A stretch of DNA of 64,000 bases from Kiritimatiellia bacterium (GTDB lineage: Bacteria; Verrucomicrobiota; Kiritimatiellia; JAAZAB01), in contig JAXGPF010000005.1 in NCBI GenBank assembly GCA_040767085.1, positions 224,001-288,000 on the forward strand, given 5' to 3'. The position numbers and the translations under genes are program-made. The notes beneath the pieces are model-generated. The model did no database searches. It saw nothing but the letters and a program-made list of their open reading frames with translations, and was not told the DNA's origin. Each line of letters opens with the position of its first letter. Position 1 is the stretch's first letter. Positions 39,150 through 49,332 of this stretch are shown here, piece after piece.

Positions 39150-40251
39150 TGGCAACCTCCGTTTTAGCCGCCAGAATCGACAAAAACGTGTTAAAAAACT
39201 GCCGGCCGTGTTCCCGCATATCCGCCGGCAGCCGGGTGTACCACGGGAACTCAGTCAGGATCGGCACGGTGCTGAAACGCTCCAGGCATAACCGCGGCAG
39301 GTAGCCGGCGGGCGCGGGCACCTGGTTGACATTCCAGAATTTCTGATCGCGCGACCGGTCGGGCGCCCGCGCGCGAAATTCATCCGCCAGGTCCGCGTCG
39401 CCCGCCCTGAACGAATCCGCCAGATGCGGCCCGGTATTATTATGCATATCCAAATAATACGCCGGACGCAAGCCGCAAATGAAATCCGCCAGGGCCCGGG
39501 CGCCGGCATCCGCCCCTGGCCGCACGGCCAGTTCCCGGCCGAAATTCACGCCGGTGGGCGCCAGGCAGCAATGGCCATGCGCCACCGCGTCGGGATTGAT
39601 CATCGGGAAAAAATGAAGATTTAACTTTGCCAAAATTTCCGCCACGCGATCCGGCTCCGCCGCGGCATATTCCAACCAGCCGGCCATGCAATAGGCGCCG
39701 GCGGTCTCGTACCCATGCGCCCGCGTGGTGACCGCCACGCGCCGGCCGGCCGGATTGCCGCAGCGCAAGCATGCCAGCGGCCGGCCTTCCGCGCTGCGCC
39801 CGATGTCCATCCGCTCGAACGGCGGCGCGCCGGCAAAGCGCTCCAGCAAGGCCAGGTAATCCCCGACGTCGAACTTCGGGGTGCAGCATAACAGATGCCG
39901 GCCGGGCGGAAGCACCACCTTCAAGACCGTCATGGCATTCGAGGATGAAATTGACAGCATGCGCCATGCTTTGCCCGAATCGTAGCCGATATACATGTAA
40001 TCGCGGCAATAATCGAACTTTGGCTCGGTCCAGGCGATTTTCAGCGGGACCAGCGCCGCGCGCGCGCCGGAATTGACTAATCCCACGTGCAGGTGAAAGG
40101 AATAGCCGGCCGGCGCGTTGGCTTCAAGCTGCTGCCGGATTTCGCAAACGCCATCCTGGTCAAACCGCACCATGCCGGCTGTTGCCGGGTTGGCATTGTC
40201 GAATCCAACTTCAATTGAGATTTCCGGCTGTTTGGGACTGGCGATCAGCAT
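39142..40251 (-). CDS. M14-family zinc carboxypeptidase-like protein
   Basis: IGRSAEGRPL, RAHGYE, PMINPD, NFGR, LDMH. Confidence 0.8.
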   Translation of the reverse strand: MLIASPKQPEISIEVGFDNANPATAGMVRFDQDGVCEIRQQLEANAPAGYSFHLHVGLVNSGARAALVPLKIAWTEPKFDYCRDYMYIGYDSGKAWRMLSISSSNAMTVLKVVLPPGRHLLCCTPKFDVGDYLALLERFAGAPPFERMDIGRSAEGRPLACLRCGNPAGRRVAVTTRAHGYETAGAYCMAGWLEYAAAEPDRVAEILAKLNLHFFPMINPDAVAHGHCCLAPTGVNFGRELAVRPGADAGARALADFICGLRPAYYLDMHNNTGPHLADSFRAGDADLADEFRARAPDRSRDQKFWNVNQVPAPAGYLPRLCLERFSTVPILTEFPWYTRLPADMREHGRQFFNTFLSILAAKTEVANE

Positions 40252-40270
40252 GCAAGCCTCATTCTGGAGT

Positions 40271-42280
40271 TCAAGGTTTTAGGTTCACGGTTCCGGGTTC
40301 GGTATTCAGCAGCAGAGTTTCCCCGACGATGTCCATCCACCGCCCCAGCATCCCGCGGCGCAGGCGCTGCTGGTATTGAAACCACATGGCGGCGATCCAA
40401 AAGCCATCGCGATGGGCATCCACCCATTTCATCAAACGCGAACGGCATTCAACCGCTCGTTCAATCAATGCTTGTTCCCCGCAAGACTGCGCCCATGCAC
40501 GCAGCTCCGATCCATCATCCGCCAGCACCGGCGGCGCGCCACGCTCAACCAAACCCCAGGCCGCCGCACAGGCTTCGGCATACAAATCAAGAAAAGCCAG
40601 TCCCTCCCGCACGAAACCGATGCGGGCGGCGATGGCTGCATCATCCCCGGCGGCAATCCAGGCGGCTTCCAGCTCGGCCCGGCGCGCCCGGCGCCATGCT
40701 TCCGGATACAACGCGGCCACGGCCGCCTCATGCCGCAGGCCGGTCTGTTCGAAATTTTCCCAACGTTCCTGGAATGCCATCCAGTATTTTTGCATGGCGC
40801 CGGCGGCCGGACCGAATCCCGCCCGGCAGTAATCTTCCAGGATGCCCTCAAAATCAAGCTCCGGATTCCACAACATGCGGGCGGCGGCATAATAGACCAG
40901 TCCGTTCGATGCGAAATCCAGGCCGGCCTGCGCCGCGAAATACCGGCAGCCGGCATGATGGTAATCGCGTATGCTCCGGCACAGGATCCGGGCAAAGCCG
41001 CGCGGCAGGCTGCCGTTGGCGCCGTTGACGAAGTAATCGTAAATGCCGCGCCGTTCCGCCACATCACCGAGCTGCGCGAGCAGGCGCCGGTCTTCCGCGG
41101 CGATCTTGGCGTCCGCGTGCAGGAAACTCATGGCGCAGAACTGGGCCATGACATTCGGATGCAGGCGCACGCCGCGGGGCGGCCGGCGGTAAACGCTGTA
41201 AACCAGCATCACCAGCAATTTATCGGGATAAACCCGCGCCACCTGTTCCGCCACGGCATTGGCAAACCGGAATATCCGCGCCGTGATGGCGGCGGTCGTA
41301 TTGGATGCGGTATCCGCCCCGGCCGACTCGTCGGTCAGTTTTTCCATGGCGGCCGTTTTGTCAGCCGCCCCGGCAGTTTCATCCTGCGCCCGGCAGGCCG
41401 GGCACTCGCAAAAGCCCGCGCCGTCGTTCAGGCTGATGCTGAAGGCATCCAGTTCCGGACGCGCGCGGAACTGCGCCATGACATATTCCGCCGTCAGGCG
41501 CACCACTGCCGGATTGCTGGTGCAGGGCTGGTTGCCATGCTTGCCGTCCCGGCGCGCCGTATCGCGCGCGCCGTTGATCAGGGCAAAATATTCCGGATGC
41601 GCGCGCCCGTGCGCCTCCGGCGGGCAGATCTGGCACCAGCGGTGCCCATCCGCTATGTTTAAGCCGCCCAGCCGGTTGCGCTGCTGCCAGAGTTCCAGCG
41701 CCGACAAGGCCGCCGGGCTTACCCCGCCAAATTTCATTTCCGCCAGCCACGGATCGCAGGCGCCGTAAAACGCCCCGCCCAGCCATAGCCGGCGCCAGGC
41801 CCAGGCCGGCCGATGCCGCGTTATGCCCGGCGGCCAGGCTACGTTGATTGCCGGCGGACACACGGTCCCGCAATCCCCGCCGGCGCGTCCGACACGGCCC
41901 GCACCGACCGCACTGCCGGAACGGCTCGTTCCCGGCCAGAGCCAGCGTACACCGAACGCCTGCTCCAGGAAATAATGCACGGCATGTCCCATGGCGGCGG
42001 CGGTGGAAGCGGCCAGGGAAACGCCATCGGCCTGCGCCGATATTTCAAACTCCTCGCGTTCCAGGACGCGTTCCGGGCAAAAACGCAACTCCAGGCGCAC
42101 CGGCATGGCCCGGCCGCCGTTCGACCAGGCAACCGGCTGCCCGAGGCATTTTTCGCAATGCAAAACCAGATCCGCGATGGCGGCGCGGATGGGTTCCGCA
42201 TCCTGCGGCGGCTGGACATCCAGCGCAAACCGGGCTTGTCCGTTTTGCACCAGCCAGATTGCTTGATCGGGATGACTCAT
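40271..42280 (-). CDS. DUF4838-like domain protein with a GH20/GH67-like N-terminal domain
   Basis: 'FLEQAFGVRWLWPG', 'HPEYFALING.R', 'QPCTSNPAV', 'SISLND..FCEC..C', 'ARMLWNP', 'FGPAA'. Confidence 0.8.
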   Translation of the reverse strand: MSHPDQAIWLVQNGQARFALDVQPPQDAEPIRAAIADLVLHCEKCLGQPVAWSNGGRAMPVRLELRFCPERVLEREEFEISAQADGVSLAASTAAAMGHAVHYFLEQAFGVRWLWPGTSRSGSAVGAGRVGRAGGDCGTVCPPAINVAWPPGITRHRPAWAWRRLWLGGAFYGACDPWLAEMKFGGVSPAALSALELWQQRNRLGGLNIADGHRWCQICPPEAHGRAHPEYFALINGARDTARRDGKHGNQPCTSNPAVVRLTAEYVMAQFRARPELDAFSISLNDGAGFCECPACRAQDETAGAADKTAAMEKLTDESAGADTASNTTAAITARIFRFANAVAEQVARVYPDKLLVMLVYSVYRRPPRGVRLHPNVMAQFCAMSFLHADAKIAAEDRRLLAQLGDVAERRGIYDYFVNGANGSLPRGFARILCRSIRDYHHAGCRYFAAQAGLDFASNGLVYYAAARMLWNPELDFEGILEDYCRAGFGPAAGAMQKYWMAFQERWENFEQTGLRHEAAVAALYPEAWRRARRAELEAAWIAAGDDAAIAARIGFVREGLAFLDLYAEACAAAWGLVERGAPPVLADDGSELRAWAQSCGEQALIERAVECRSRLMKWVDAHRDGFWIAAMWFQYQQRLRRGMLGRWMDIVGETLLLNTEPGTVNLKP

Positions 42281-42289
42281 AGGTTTGCA

Positions 42290-42317
42290 TTGCATTATAA
42301 TTAGGGCAAGTTATAAT
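42290..42317 (+). promoter_or_regulatory. Sigma70-like promoter for the AraC gene
   Basis: TTGCAT (42290-42295), 16-nt spacer, TATAAT (42312-42317). Confidence 0.5.
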
Positions 42318-42351
42318 CCAACCTGTTTATGGTTTATCCGATTGGATTCTG

Positions 42352-43164
42352 GTGATGCCGCTGGAAACGCTTCAATACCTGCATCGCACCACGCCGGGGC
42401 CGGTCAGCCGCCTGCCATTCAGCGTCCTCTGCGCCGGCCATTACCGCGTTACACCCCCTTTTACATGCTCCATCCGGATCAAGCCGATCGTGCAGTTGTT
42501 CTGGAGCTTGCGGGGGTCGGGCTGGATCGCACTGCAGAAGCACCGCCTGCCGCTGCGGCCGGGCGACCTGGCGGTTTACCTGCCGGGCATGCGCCATGAG
42601 TGGGGCGCCGGGCGCGGGCCGTGGGAGTTTTTATGGATGAGCCTGGATGGCCCGCTGGCCGAATCCACGGCCGCGGCCTTCGGCTTGTATGCCGAGCGGC
42701 ATCCGGCCGGGCCGGCGCCGCGCGGATTATTCATGGAATTGCTCAAGTGCCTGCGCAGCCCGGCGCGGGGCAGCGAATCGCGCGCGGCGGCGGCGGCCTT
42801 CCAGATCATGGCGCGGGCGGCGCACCGGCCGGCCGATACATCCGACATCCTGGCGGCCGGCGCGGTGGAATTGATGCTCCAGCACTGGCGCGAGCCGACC
42901 TTCAACGTCAAGTCCCTGGCGGCCGAGCTGCGGGTCAACCGCTCATCGCTCAGCCGCCGGTTCCACGGCGCCCTGGGGGTCAGCCCCACCGATTACATCC
43001 AAAGGCTGCGGCTGCAGCATGCGCTGGCGCTGCTGCGCAACACGAAACTTACGGCGTCGGAGATTGCCCGGCAATGCGGCTTCCGCGAGGCGGCGTATTT
43101 CTGCCGCTGGGTACGGCGCGCCACGGGCCAGACGCCGTCCGCCTGGCGCCGCGCCGGCGGGTAA
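42352..43164 (+). CDS. AraC-family transcriptional regulator
   Basis: N-terminal cupin; 'LSRRF...GVSP..Y...RL..A..LL...IA..CGF...YF'. Confidence 0.93.
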   Translation: MMPLETLQYLHRTTPGPVSRLPFSVLCAGHYRVTPPFTCSIRIKPIVQLFWSLRGSGWIALQKHRLPLRPGDLAVYLPGMRHEWGAGRGPWEFLWMSLDGPLAESTAAAFGLYAERHPAGPAPRGLFMELLKCLRSPARGSESRAAAAAFQIMARAAHRPADTSDILAAGAVELMLQHWREPTFNVKSLAAELRVNRSSLSRRFHGALGVSPTDYIQRLRLQHALALLRNTKLTASEIARQCGFREAAYFCRWVRRATGQTPSAWRRAGG

Positions 43165-43175
43165 GCAACCGGGCG

Positions 43176-44996
43176 TCAGGGCAATTCCACCAGCTTGAAA
43201 TTATCCAGCAGCAATTGCGCGTCGCCTTCGGGCATTTTGAAGATCAGGTAGAAATTTAATTCATCCGAAGATCCCTTGCGCACCTTGGGGTCCTTGGGGG
43301 TCTTGCCGACGCCGGGGCAGGTGAATTTCAGGACATTTTTCTGCCAGCTCCGGGAAGTCCGGATGTTGCCGGTGAAATCGTAACGCTCCCAACGGGTCGG
43401 GATGGTGCCGGAGCCGGGGAAAGTCTCCCAAGCCGACATCAGCCAGACCGCCTGCTTGGACGGCATCACGGAAGAGAATGAAAATTCGTACTTGTGCCCG
43501 ATCTTCATTTTCAAGGCCGCTTTGTTCAAGCCGAACCAGCGGCCGCCCTGGACGTTGATATTATGCGGCGCCGTTTCGGAACGGGTCCAACCCAGGTATT
43601 GATTGACATAACGGAAATAAACAAACCTTTCCCCGTGCTCGGCGGCGACCGCCGGCACGCCCGGCTGGAGCACGACGGATTTTTCGGCGCTCAGGAGCAC
43701 CCCGGCGTTGCAGATCATGCCCAGCCAGTCCCAATGGCCGAAAATCCAGCGGCTGATGCTGTGTTCGCGGCCGATCCCCGGCCACCAGCCCTTAGGCGCG
43801 AGCAAATCCTTTTCGGTATTGATGCCCTTAATGGCCTCCACGGCGGGGAAACTGGGTTCGGTCTTGGACCCCTTGTTTAAAGACAAGTAAATGCGGCCAT
43901 CCGTATTGCCCAGCACCAGGTCGAACAACCCATCCTCGTTCCAATCGCAGGGGAAGGCATTGGACATCTTGGAGAATAGATTCTTGCCGCCGACGGCCAG
44001 GAAACCGTCGAATTCCATGGCCGCGGGCGCGAGCGTGCTGCGGATGGCGGCCACCATATTCCGGCCCTCCACAGCCTCCTGGGTGCCCTTATACTTGCGG
44101 ATTTCGCCGGTGCGCGTGCCGACGATCAAATCGTCAATGCCGTCGCCGTTGTAGTCCACCACCGCCGGCGTCAAGTGTTCAAACCCTTCGCCGAAGGCCA
44201 AGAAAAATACCTGTTCGGGGATGAAATTCGGGCGGGAGCGCGAGCCGGTATTATACAGGATGCGAACGCTGTTGGCCGAGTAAGTTCCCTCGCCCAGCAG
44301 CAGATCCAGGGAGCCTTTTTTACGCCAATCCGCGGCCCACGGACTCATGTAATTGCCGAACAAGAGCGGGCCCTTCCCCAGCATGAGCGGCGGCAGGCGG
44401 TCGCCCGAGCGGTCCACCTCGTAGAGCGGCATCACGTAGCGCGGCACGCCCATACTGCGGGTGAAGCGCGGCGCGCGAACGGTGCCGAAATTTTCCAGGA
44501 CCGCGACATCGCCGTAGAAAGTCCCCACCAGCACATCCAGGTCGCGGTCGCCGTCCCAATCCACCACGTGAATTTTCGAGCCCCAGCCCAGGTAGGTCGG
44601 CACGAACTGGCCCTGCGTGAATTTGGGCGCGCCTTTTTCGCCGGAATTGAGGTAAATCCAGAGGAAACCGTAAGTGTCCGCCACCAGCAGGTCGGGCAGG
44701 CCGTCATCGTTGATATCGGCTACATTAGGGAAGGACGCCTGCGGGGTGTTGACCATCCGCCCGACATCGTTCAGCACCGGCGAACTCGCGACGTGGACGC
44801 GCAGATAATTCTGATCGTCCACGCCGTCCCAGTAATTCCCCAGCGGCGTTGTCGCGTCGCCCTGCGCCTCGGCGGGGAACAGGTTGGCCTGCTGGGCACG
44901 GGCGGCGCCGGCGCAGCCCAGCGCCAGCCACAACACCATGCCCAGCCACCGATTGCCATAAGTTTTCATCGTCATGCCATTCATCGTCGTTTTCAT
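43176..44996 (-). CDS. Secreted FG-GAP/VCBS repeat beta-propeller protein
   Basis: Signal peptide; DINDDGLPDL, DWDGDRDLDV, DYNGDGIDDL, DWNEDGLFDL. Confidence 0.82.
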   Translation of the reverse strand: MKTTMNGMTMKTYGNRWLGMVLWLALGCAGAARAQQANLFPAEAQGDATTPLGNYWDGVDDQNYLRVHVASSPVLNDVGRMVNTPQASFPNVADINDDGLPDLLVADTYGFLWIYLNSGEKGAPKFTQGQFVPTYLGWGSKIHVVDWDGDRDLDVLVGTFYGDVAVLENFGTVRAPRFTRSMGVPRYVMPLYEVDRSGDRLPPLMLGKGPLLFGNYMSPWAADWRKKGSLDLLLGEGTYSANSVRILYNTGSRSRPNFIPEQVFFLAFGEGFEHLTPAVVDYNGDGIDDLIVGTRTGEIRKYKGTQEAVEGRNMVAAIRSTLAPAAMEFDGFLAVGGKNLFSKMSNAFPCDWNEDGLFDLVLGNTDGRIYLSLNKGSKTEPSFPAVEAIKGINTEKDLLAPKGWWPGIGREHSISRWIFGHWDWLGMICNAGVLLSAEKSVVLQPGVPAVAAEHGERFVYFRYVNQYLGWTRSETAPHNINVQGGRWFGLNKAALKMKIGHKYEFSFSSVMPSKQAVWLMSAWETFPGSGTIPTRWERYDFTGNIRTSRSWQKNVLKFTCPGVGKTPKDPKVRKGSSDELNFYLIFKMPEGDAQLLLDNFKLVELP

Positions 44997-46366
44997 TGCC
45001 GTGCCCCTGTGGGCGGCCGGCCGGGCGCAGCCGGCGCCGCGGATGCCGGGGGGGCGGACGCGCCGGCAGCGGCTGGCTGCTTGAGGCGCGGGTTATTGGC
45101 CGGCAAGCCCTTGGGCAGCAGCCGGAAATGCTTCTGGTAGCGGGTCAGCAGGTGAACCACCACGTTGATGCCGAAACGGAAGGAGTTGTTAACCGTCTCG
45201 TCGTTGATGTTGCGGTAGATGATCCCGTTTTCCTCGCGCGGCGACGCCAGGTGGGGCCCGTAAACATGCCGCCAGCTCGGGGCTTCCATGGTGCCGACGT
45301 TCACCAAGCCCCACTCGATCTTGTTCTGGCTGTTCAGCCGGGCTTCCCATAAATGGCCGTAACCGTTGAGCGTGTACAGCACGGCCATCTCGGAGCCGAT
45401 GTTGATCAACTCCACCGGTTCCTGGTAAAAATTCATGCCGGCCGGCAGGCCGATATTCTGGAAAAAAGTCTTGAACAGTTCATGGTCCGTGCCCGGCACC
45501 ACTTCGAATTCGCGGTCGGGCATGACGCGCTTCATCTCGCGCCGGAACGCCACGTCAAAGCGCGACCGCCGGCCGGCGAGCGAACTATCGGCCCAGACCG
45601 CGCCGCCCAGGGTCAGGTAATCCCGGAGGTTCTTCACCTCCGACTCCAACAGCGTGAAATCCTTGTGCCCGGTGAGATACACAAACGGCGGGCGCAGGAC
45701 GAAAAGCTGGTCGGTGCCCACATCCAGCGTTTCCGGATACAGGTTGGCATCCAGGCGGTCGCGGGACCAGGCGCGAATCTGCAGCATCAGATTTTGCAGG
45801 GAGGAAGGATTGCAATTCCAGTCGCCGCCGCGGTACTTGGCCTGAAAGATGGTGAATTTCGCGCGTGTCGCCCGGCCCTGGTTCTGCACATCCCAGACTT
45901 TCTGAAAATCGCGCACATTGGCGAAGCGCTGCTGGCGCGCCTGCTCGATTTTACGGCTCATGTCCGTCTCGATCTTGATTTCCGCAACCTTGACCACAGG
46001 CGCCACCGGCGGCGTTTCCGTGCGCACGAAAGTGGAAGGCGCATCCACGGTGATCCGCACCACCGGGGTCTTGGTGGCGGTAACCTTGACTTCCTTGTTT
46101 TCAACCTTTTCCGGCGGCGGGCGCGGCGGGGGCGGCGTGGGCGGCGGCAGCACCAGCAACTGCTCCACGCCTTCGAAAGCGCCGCGGGTGGCCAGGTAGG
46201 TGGTAATTTTATAACCGCCGAAGATCAGTAAAACCGAAAGGTACAAGATCAGCGAAATCAGGAAATAGCGCGAGCGCAGCAGGGCCAGCACTATCACCCA
46301 GACGCCCCGGCGGGCGGCAACTCGCTCTTCCAGTCTCTCGATATTCTGTTCGATCTCGATCGCCAT
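44993..46366 (-). CDS. Membrane-anchored Pro-rich protein with a C-terminal DUF4159-like domain
   Basis: N-terminal TM, PPPTPPPPRPPPEK linker, 'GGDW...L..L', 'PFVYLTGH..F', 'LRDYL..GG', 'RFGINVV'. Confidence 0.8.
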   Translation of the reverse strand: MAIEIEQNIERLEERVAARRGVWVIVLALLRSRYFLISLILYLSVLLIFGGYKITTYLATRGAFEGVEQLLVLPPPTPPPPRPPPEKVENKEVKVTATKTPVVRITVDAPSTFVRTETPPVAPVVKVAEIKIETDMSRKIEQARQQRFANVRDFQKVWDVQNQGRATRAKFTIFQAKYRGGDWNCNPSSLQNLMLQIRAWSRDRLDANLYPETLDVGTDQLFVLRPPFVYLTGHKDFTLLESEVKNLRDYLTLGGAVWADSSLAGRRSRFDVAFRREMKRVMPDREFEVVPGTDHELFKTFFQNIGLPAGMNFYQEPVELINIGSEMAVLYTLNGYGHLWEARLNSQNKIEWGLVNVGTMEAPSWRHVYGPHLASPREENGIIYRNINDETVNNSFRFGINVVVHLLTRYQKHFRLLPKGLPANNPRLKQPAAAGASAPPASAAPAAPGRPPTGARQ

Positions 46367-46381
46367 AACGTATTCCGCCCG

Positions 46382-46810
46382 CTATTCGTACTGGTTGGCA
46401 AAGAAAGAAAGGTTTTTCACACCGGTCGCCGCACAGGCGTTGAGGACGTCCACGATGCGCTGCTGGCGCACTTTGGGCTGCGGGTGGATGACCACCGGCT
46501 GCTTGTCGCCGAAGAGCTGCAGGCATTGCTCGAGCTTGGCGCGCACGGTCGGCAAATCGCGGTCGCCCGGGGTGTCCATGGGAATGTCGTTGCAGAACAC
46601 CTGGTTGTTTTCCGCGATGGCGAGCGTCAATTCCACCGGCAGGGCCTGCGGCGTCTGGCTGACGCCGCCCGGCACCATCAATCCCAGGTATTTTTCCTCG
46701 ATTTTCACCTGGGCGGCCGAGATGAAATACAACAGCAGCAGGAACACGCAGTCAATCATCGGTCCCATCTGCAATTCGGCTTCTTCGTCTTTTTCTTCCT
46801 TGAAACGCAT
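46382..46810 (-). CDS. exbD: ExbD/TolR-family biopolymer transport protein
   Basis: 'MGPMIDCVFLLLLYF' TM carrying the conserved Asp. Confidence 0.88.
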   Translation of the reverse strand: MRFKEEKDEEAELQMGPMIDCVFLLLLYFISAAQVKIEEKYLGLMVPGGVSQTPQALPVELTLAIAENNQVFCNDIPMDTPGDRDLPTVRAKLEQCLQLFGDKQPVVIHPQPKVRQQRIVDVLNACAATGVKNLSFFANQYE

Positions 46811-46826
46811 ATACCCGTCCCCGCCT

Positions 46827-47291
46827 TTACAGGTCCACCGGCAATTCCTTGTCCAGCGTCGAAAACATCATGTTGGGGATGTTGGCCTGCGCCACCGCCG
46901 CCATGACCTGCTGGGTGTATTCGTACGGCACGCGCCAATCGGCGCGGATTACCACCCGGAAATTCTTGCTGGCGTTCTGCAACGAGCTGGCCTTGATTAA
47001 CGGCACCAGGTCGCGCGCGTCCCAGAGCTCATGCGGGCCGGCCTTGTAAATGGCCTGCTGCTGATTGTCGTCCCACTCGACATCCACGATGAACCGGCCG
47101 GACTCGTCCTTCTCCAGGATGCCGGATTTCGCCCGGGGCAGCACGACATCCTTGCTGATGCGCTCGGCGTCCAGCGTGCTGACGCTCACGAAATACATCA
47201 GCAGCAGGAAGGTGCAGTCAATCATCGGCCCCATGGCGATGGAGCAAGGCGGATCGTCTTCCGTCGACCATTTTGGTTCTTTTCTGGCCAT
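46827..47291 (-). CDS. exbD: ExbD/TolR-family biopolymer transport protein
   Basis: 'MGPMIDCTFLLLMYF', 'VVIRAD..VPY'. Confidence 0.88.
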   Translation of the reverse strand: MARKEPKWSTEDDPPCSIAMGPMIDCTFLLLMYFVSVSTLDAERISKDVVLPRAKSGILEKDESGRFIVDVEWDDNQQQAIYKAGPHELWDARDLVPLIKASSLQNASKNFRVVIRADWRVPYEYTQQVMAAVAQANIPNMMFSTLDKELPVDL

Positions 47292-47316
47292 GGATTCCCC
47301 CCCTCCCGCTAGTCCG

Positions 47317-48198
47317 TCATTCCCAATCCATTTCCGTCTTGCAGTACGGGCAGGCTTTCACGCCGACCTTGATTTCCTTTTTGCAATTGGGGCAGGGCAC
47401 CTTATCCCCCGCCGGCGCCGACGCCGGCGCCGCGTCCGCCGCCGGAGCGTCGGTCACGATTGTCAGATCTTCCGGCAAACTGGCGAAATCCACCGACTCC
47501 AGCACTTCGATAAAAGCGTCCTGAACGGAGGCCATGACTTTTTTCAAGCGCGCCAGCAGGATGAAATAGGCCATCATACAGGGAATGGCGATGACCAGTC
47601 CGCCGTAGGTGGTGATCAAGGCCTCGCCGATATCGCCGGCGAGCTTGGTGGGATCGCCCACGGCGCCGCCGAAGGCCATCGCGTTAAACGCGCCGATCAT
47701 ACCGGAAATCGTGCCGAACAAACCCATCATCGGCGCCACCCCGGCATTCAAGGAGAGGTAAGAGAGCTTGATCTTGAAATCGGCGCTGATGTTGGCGGCC
47801 GCTTCGATGGCGGTTTCTTCCACCGCGTCCCGCCCTTTGGGCAATTTTGACAGCGCCGCCGCCAGCATGCGTCCCAGCGGGCTGGGACTGTCGGCGGCCG
47901 CGCGCCAGGCCTTCTGGTAATCGCTGACGGAGAGGGCTTCGCGCACCTGGCGCAGAACGCTATCCGGGCAAAACACCTTTTTGCGCATGCGCACCAGCAC
48001 TTCAATCAAAACGGCCAGGGCCCAGATCGCCAGCAGCGAGAGAGGGATCATGGTGATGCCGCCCTGCTTGAAATAGTCCATGAAAGTTGTCGGCCGCCCG
48101 TCCGCCACCTCCTGCGCCCAAGCCGCCCATGGGCACGCCAGGCAGGCCAAACCCAGCAGTCCGAACAGCATCCAAGACCGTGCATAACGTTTCTGCAT
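47317..48198 (-). CDS. exbB: MotA/TolQ/ExbB proton channel protein with a C-terminal zinc ribbon
   Basis: APMMGLFGTISGMI, IGEALITT..GLVIAIP; tail CPNC...CPYC. Confidence 0.9.
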   Translation of the reverse strand: MQKRYARSWMLFGLLGLACLACPWAAWAQEVADGRPTTFMDYFKQGGITMIPLSLLAIWALAVLIEVLVRMRKKVFCPDSVLRQVREALSVSDYQKAWRAAADSPSPLGRMLAAALSKLPKGRDAVEETAIEAAANISADFKIKLSYLSLNAGVAPMMGLFGTISGMIGAFNAMAFGGAVGDPTKLAGDIGEALITTYGGLVIAIPCMMAYFILLARLKKVMASVQDAFIEVLESVDFASLPEDLTIVTDAPAADAAPASAPAGDKVPCPNCKKEIKVGVKACPYCKTEMDWE

Positions 48199-48228
48199 GA
48201 CGATATCTCCTTGCTTATTAATGGTAAA

Positions 48229-49122
48229 TCACGGCTGGTCCGCGGCGGCCGCTTCCCGGGCTCTGGCGCCGGCCGCCTGTCGGACCGGCTCCGCCTGCTT
48301 GGCGAGGGCATGGTCGGGATAATTGTCGTTCAACTCATTCAACAGCCGCTCCGCCTTTTCGAATTGTTCCAGCGAGTTGAACACCAAACCGGCGCGGTAA
48401 AGCGCTTCGGGGTACGCTTTCGGGTCCGGGTACAGGGCGATTACCCGCAGGTAGGCGTCCAATGCTTCCGGCAATTGCTGCTGCGCTTCCAAGGCCCGGC
48501 CGATGCCGAGGTATGCGCCGGCGGCGAAGACGACCTGTTCGACCGGCGGCTTCAGTTGCGCGTCAAACGGCGCCGCCAGTTCGCGCAAATCCGCCAGGGC
48601 TTTTTCGTAATTTTTGTTCAGCAGTTCGATCTCCGCCATCCCCAGCCGGGCGTCCACCGCCAGGTCGGACTCCGGATACGCCTTCAGAAAGGCCTCAAAC
48701 GCCCTGGCGGCGGCGGTCAAATCCTGCCCTTGCAGGCAGGTCCGGCCGAAATACAGCAGGCCTTTCATTGCCCAATCCACGTCCAACCCCTGGTATTGAA
48801 AGACCACCCGGTCCAGATTCTGCCGGGCCTCGCGAATATTGCCGTGCTCATAGGCGGCAATCCCGCGGGTGACGGCCGGCGGCGGCTCCACCCGCATCTG
48901 CGTTACCGCCGCGCGGGGAATGGTAATCACGCCCTTGCCCGGCAGTTCGAACTGGATGCCGTCGGCGGTCACCGCCTTGACGGTGCCCCGGTAGTTCTGC
49001 TGGCGGGTGGCTACGATGTCCTCCGCCCGCGCGCAGTTAATGCCGGCAGCCAACAGGCCGGCTGCCGCCAGGATGGCGGTGATACCCGCGTGTAAAAATC
49101 TGTCCCGGTTAACGAATCGCAT
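48229..49122 (-). CDS. Secreted TPR protein (CpoB/BamD-like repeats)
   Basis: Signal peptide; TPR ends such as 'F..FLKAYP.S' and 'YLRV..LYP'. Confidence 0.8.
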   Translation of the reverse strand: MRFVNRDRFLHAGITAILAAAGLLAAGINCARAEDIVATRQQNYRGTVKAVTADGIQFELPGKGVITIPRAAVTQMRVEPPPAVTRGIAAYEHGNIREARQNLDRVVFQYQGLDVDWAMKGLLYFGRTCLQGQDLTAAARAFEAFLKAYPESDLAVDARLGMAEIELLNKNYEKALADLRELAAPFDAQLKPPVEQVVFAAGAYLGIGRALEAQQQLPEALDAYLRVIALYPDPKAYPEALYRAGLVFNSLEQFEKAERLLNELNDNYPDHALAKQAEPVRQAAGARAREAAAADQP

Positions 49123-49332
49123 AGTCAGCCTTCTCCGGAAATTGAAAATTCCCGGTGCTTACCCTAATCCAGCCGCCGGTTTCTGTCAAACAGAAAAAAA
49201 ACATCCGAAAAAAATTCTCGCGCTGCGGCTGGAAATGTGTATAAATAAAGACGCCGTTCAGGCTGCCGGCAACGCTCATGCGCGCCCGACCGCCGGGCGG
49301 TCCCCGACAAACGCCAATTGAGGAGAGCATCC

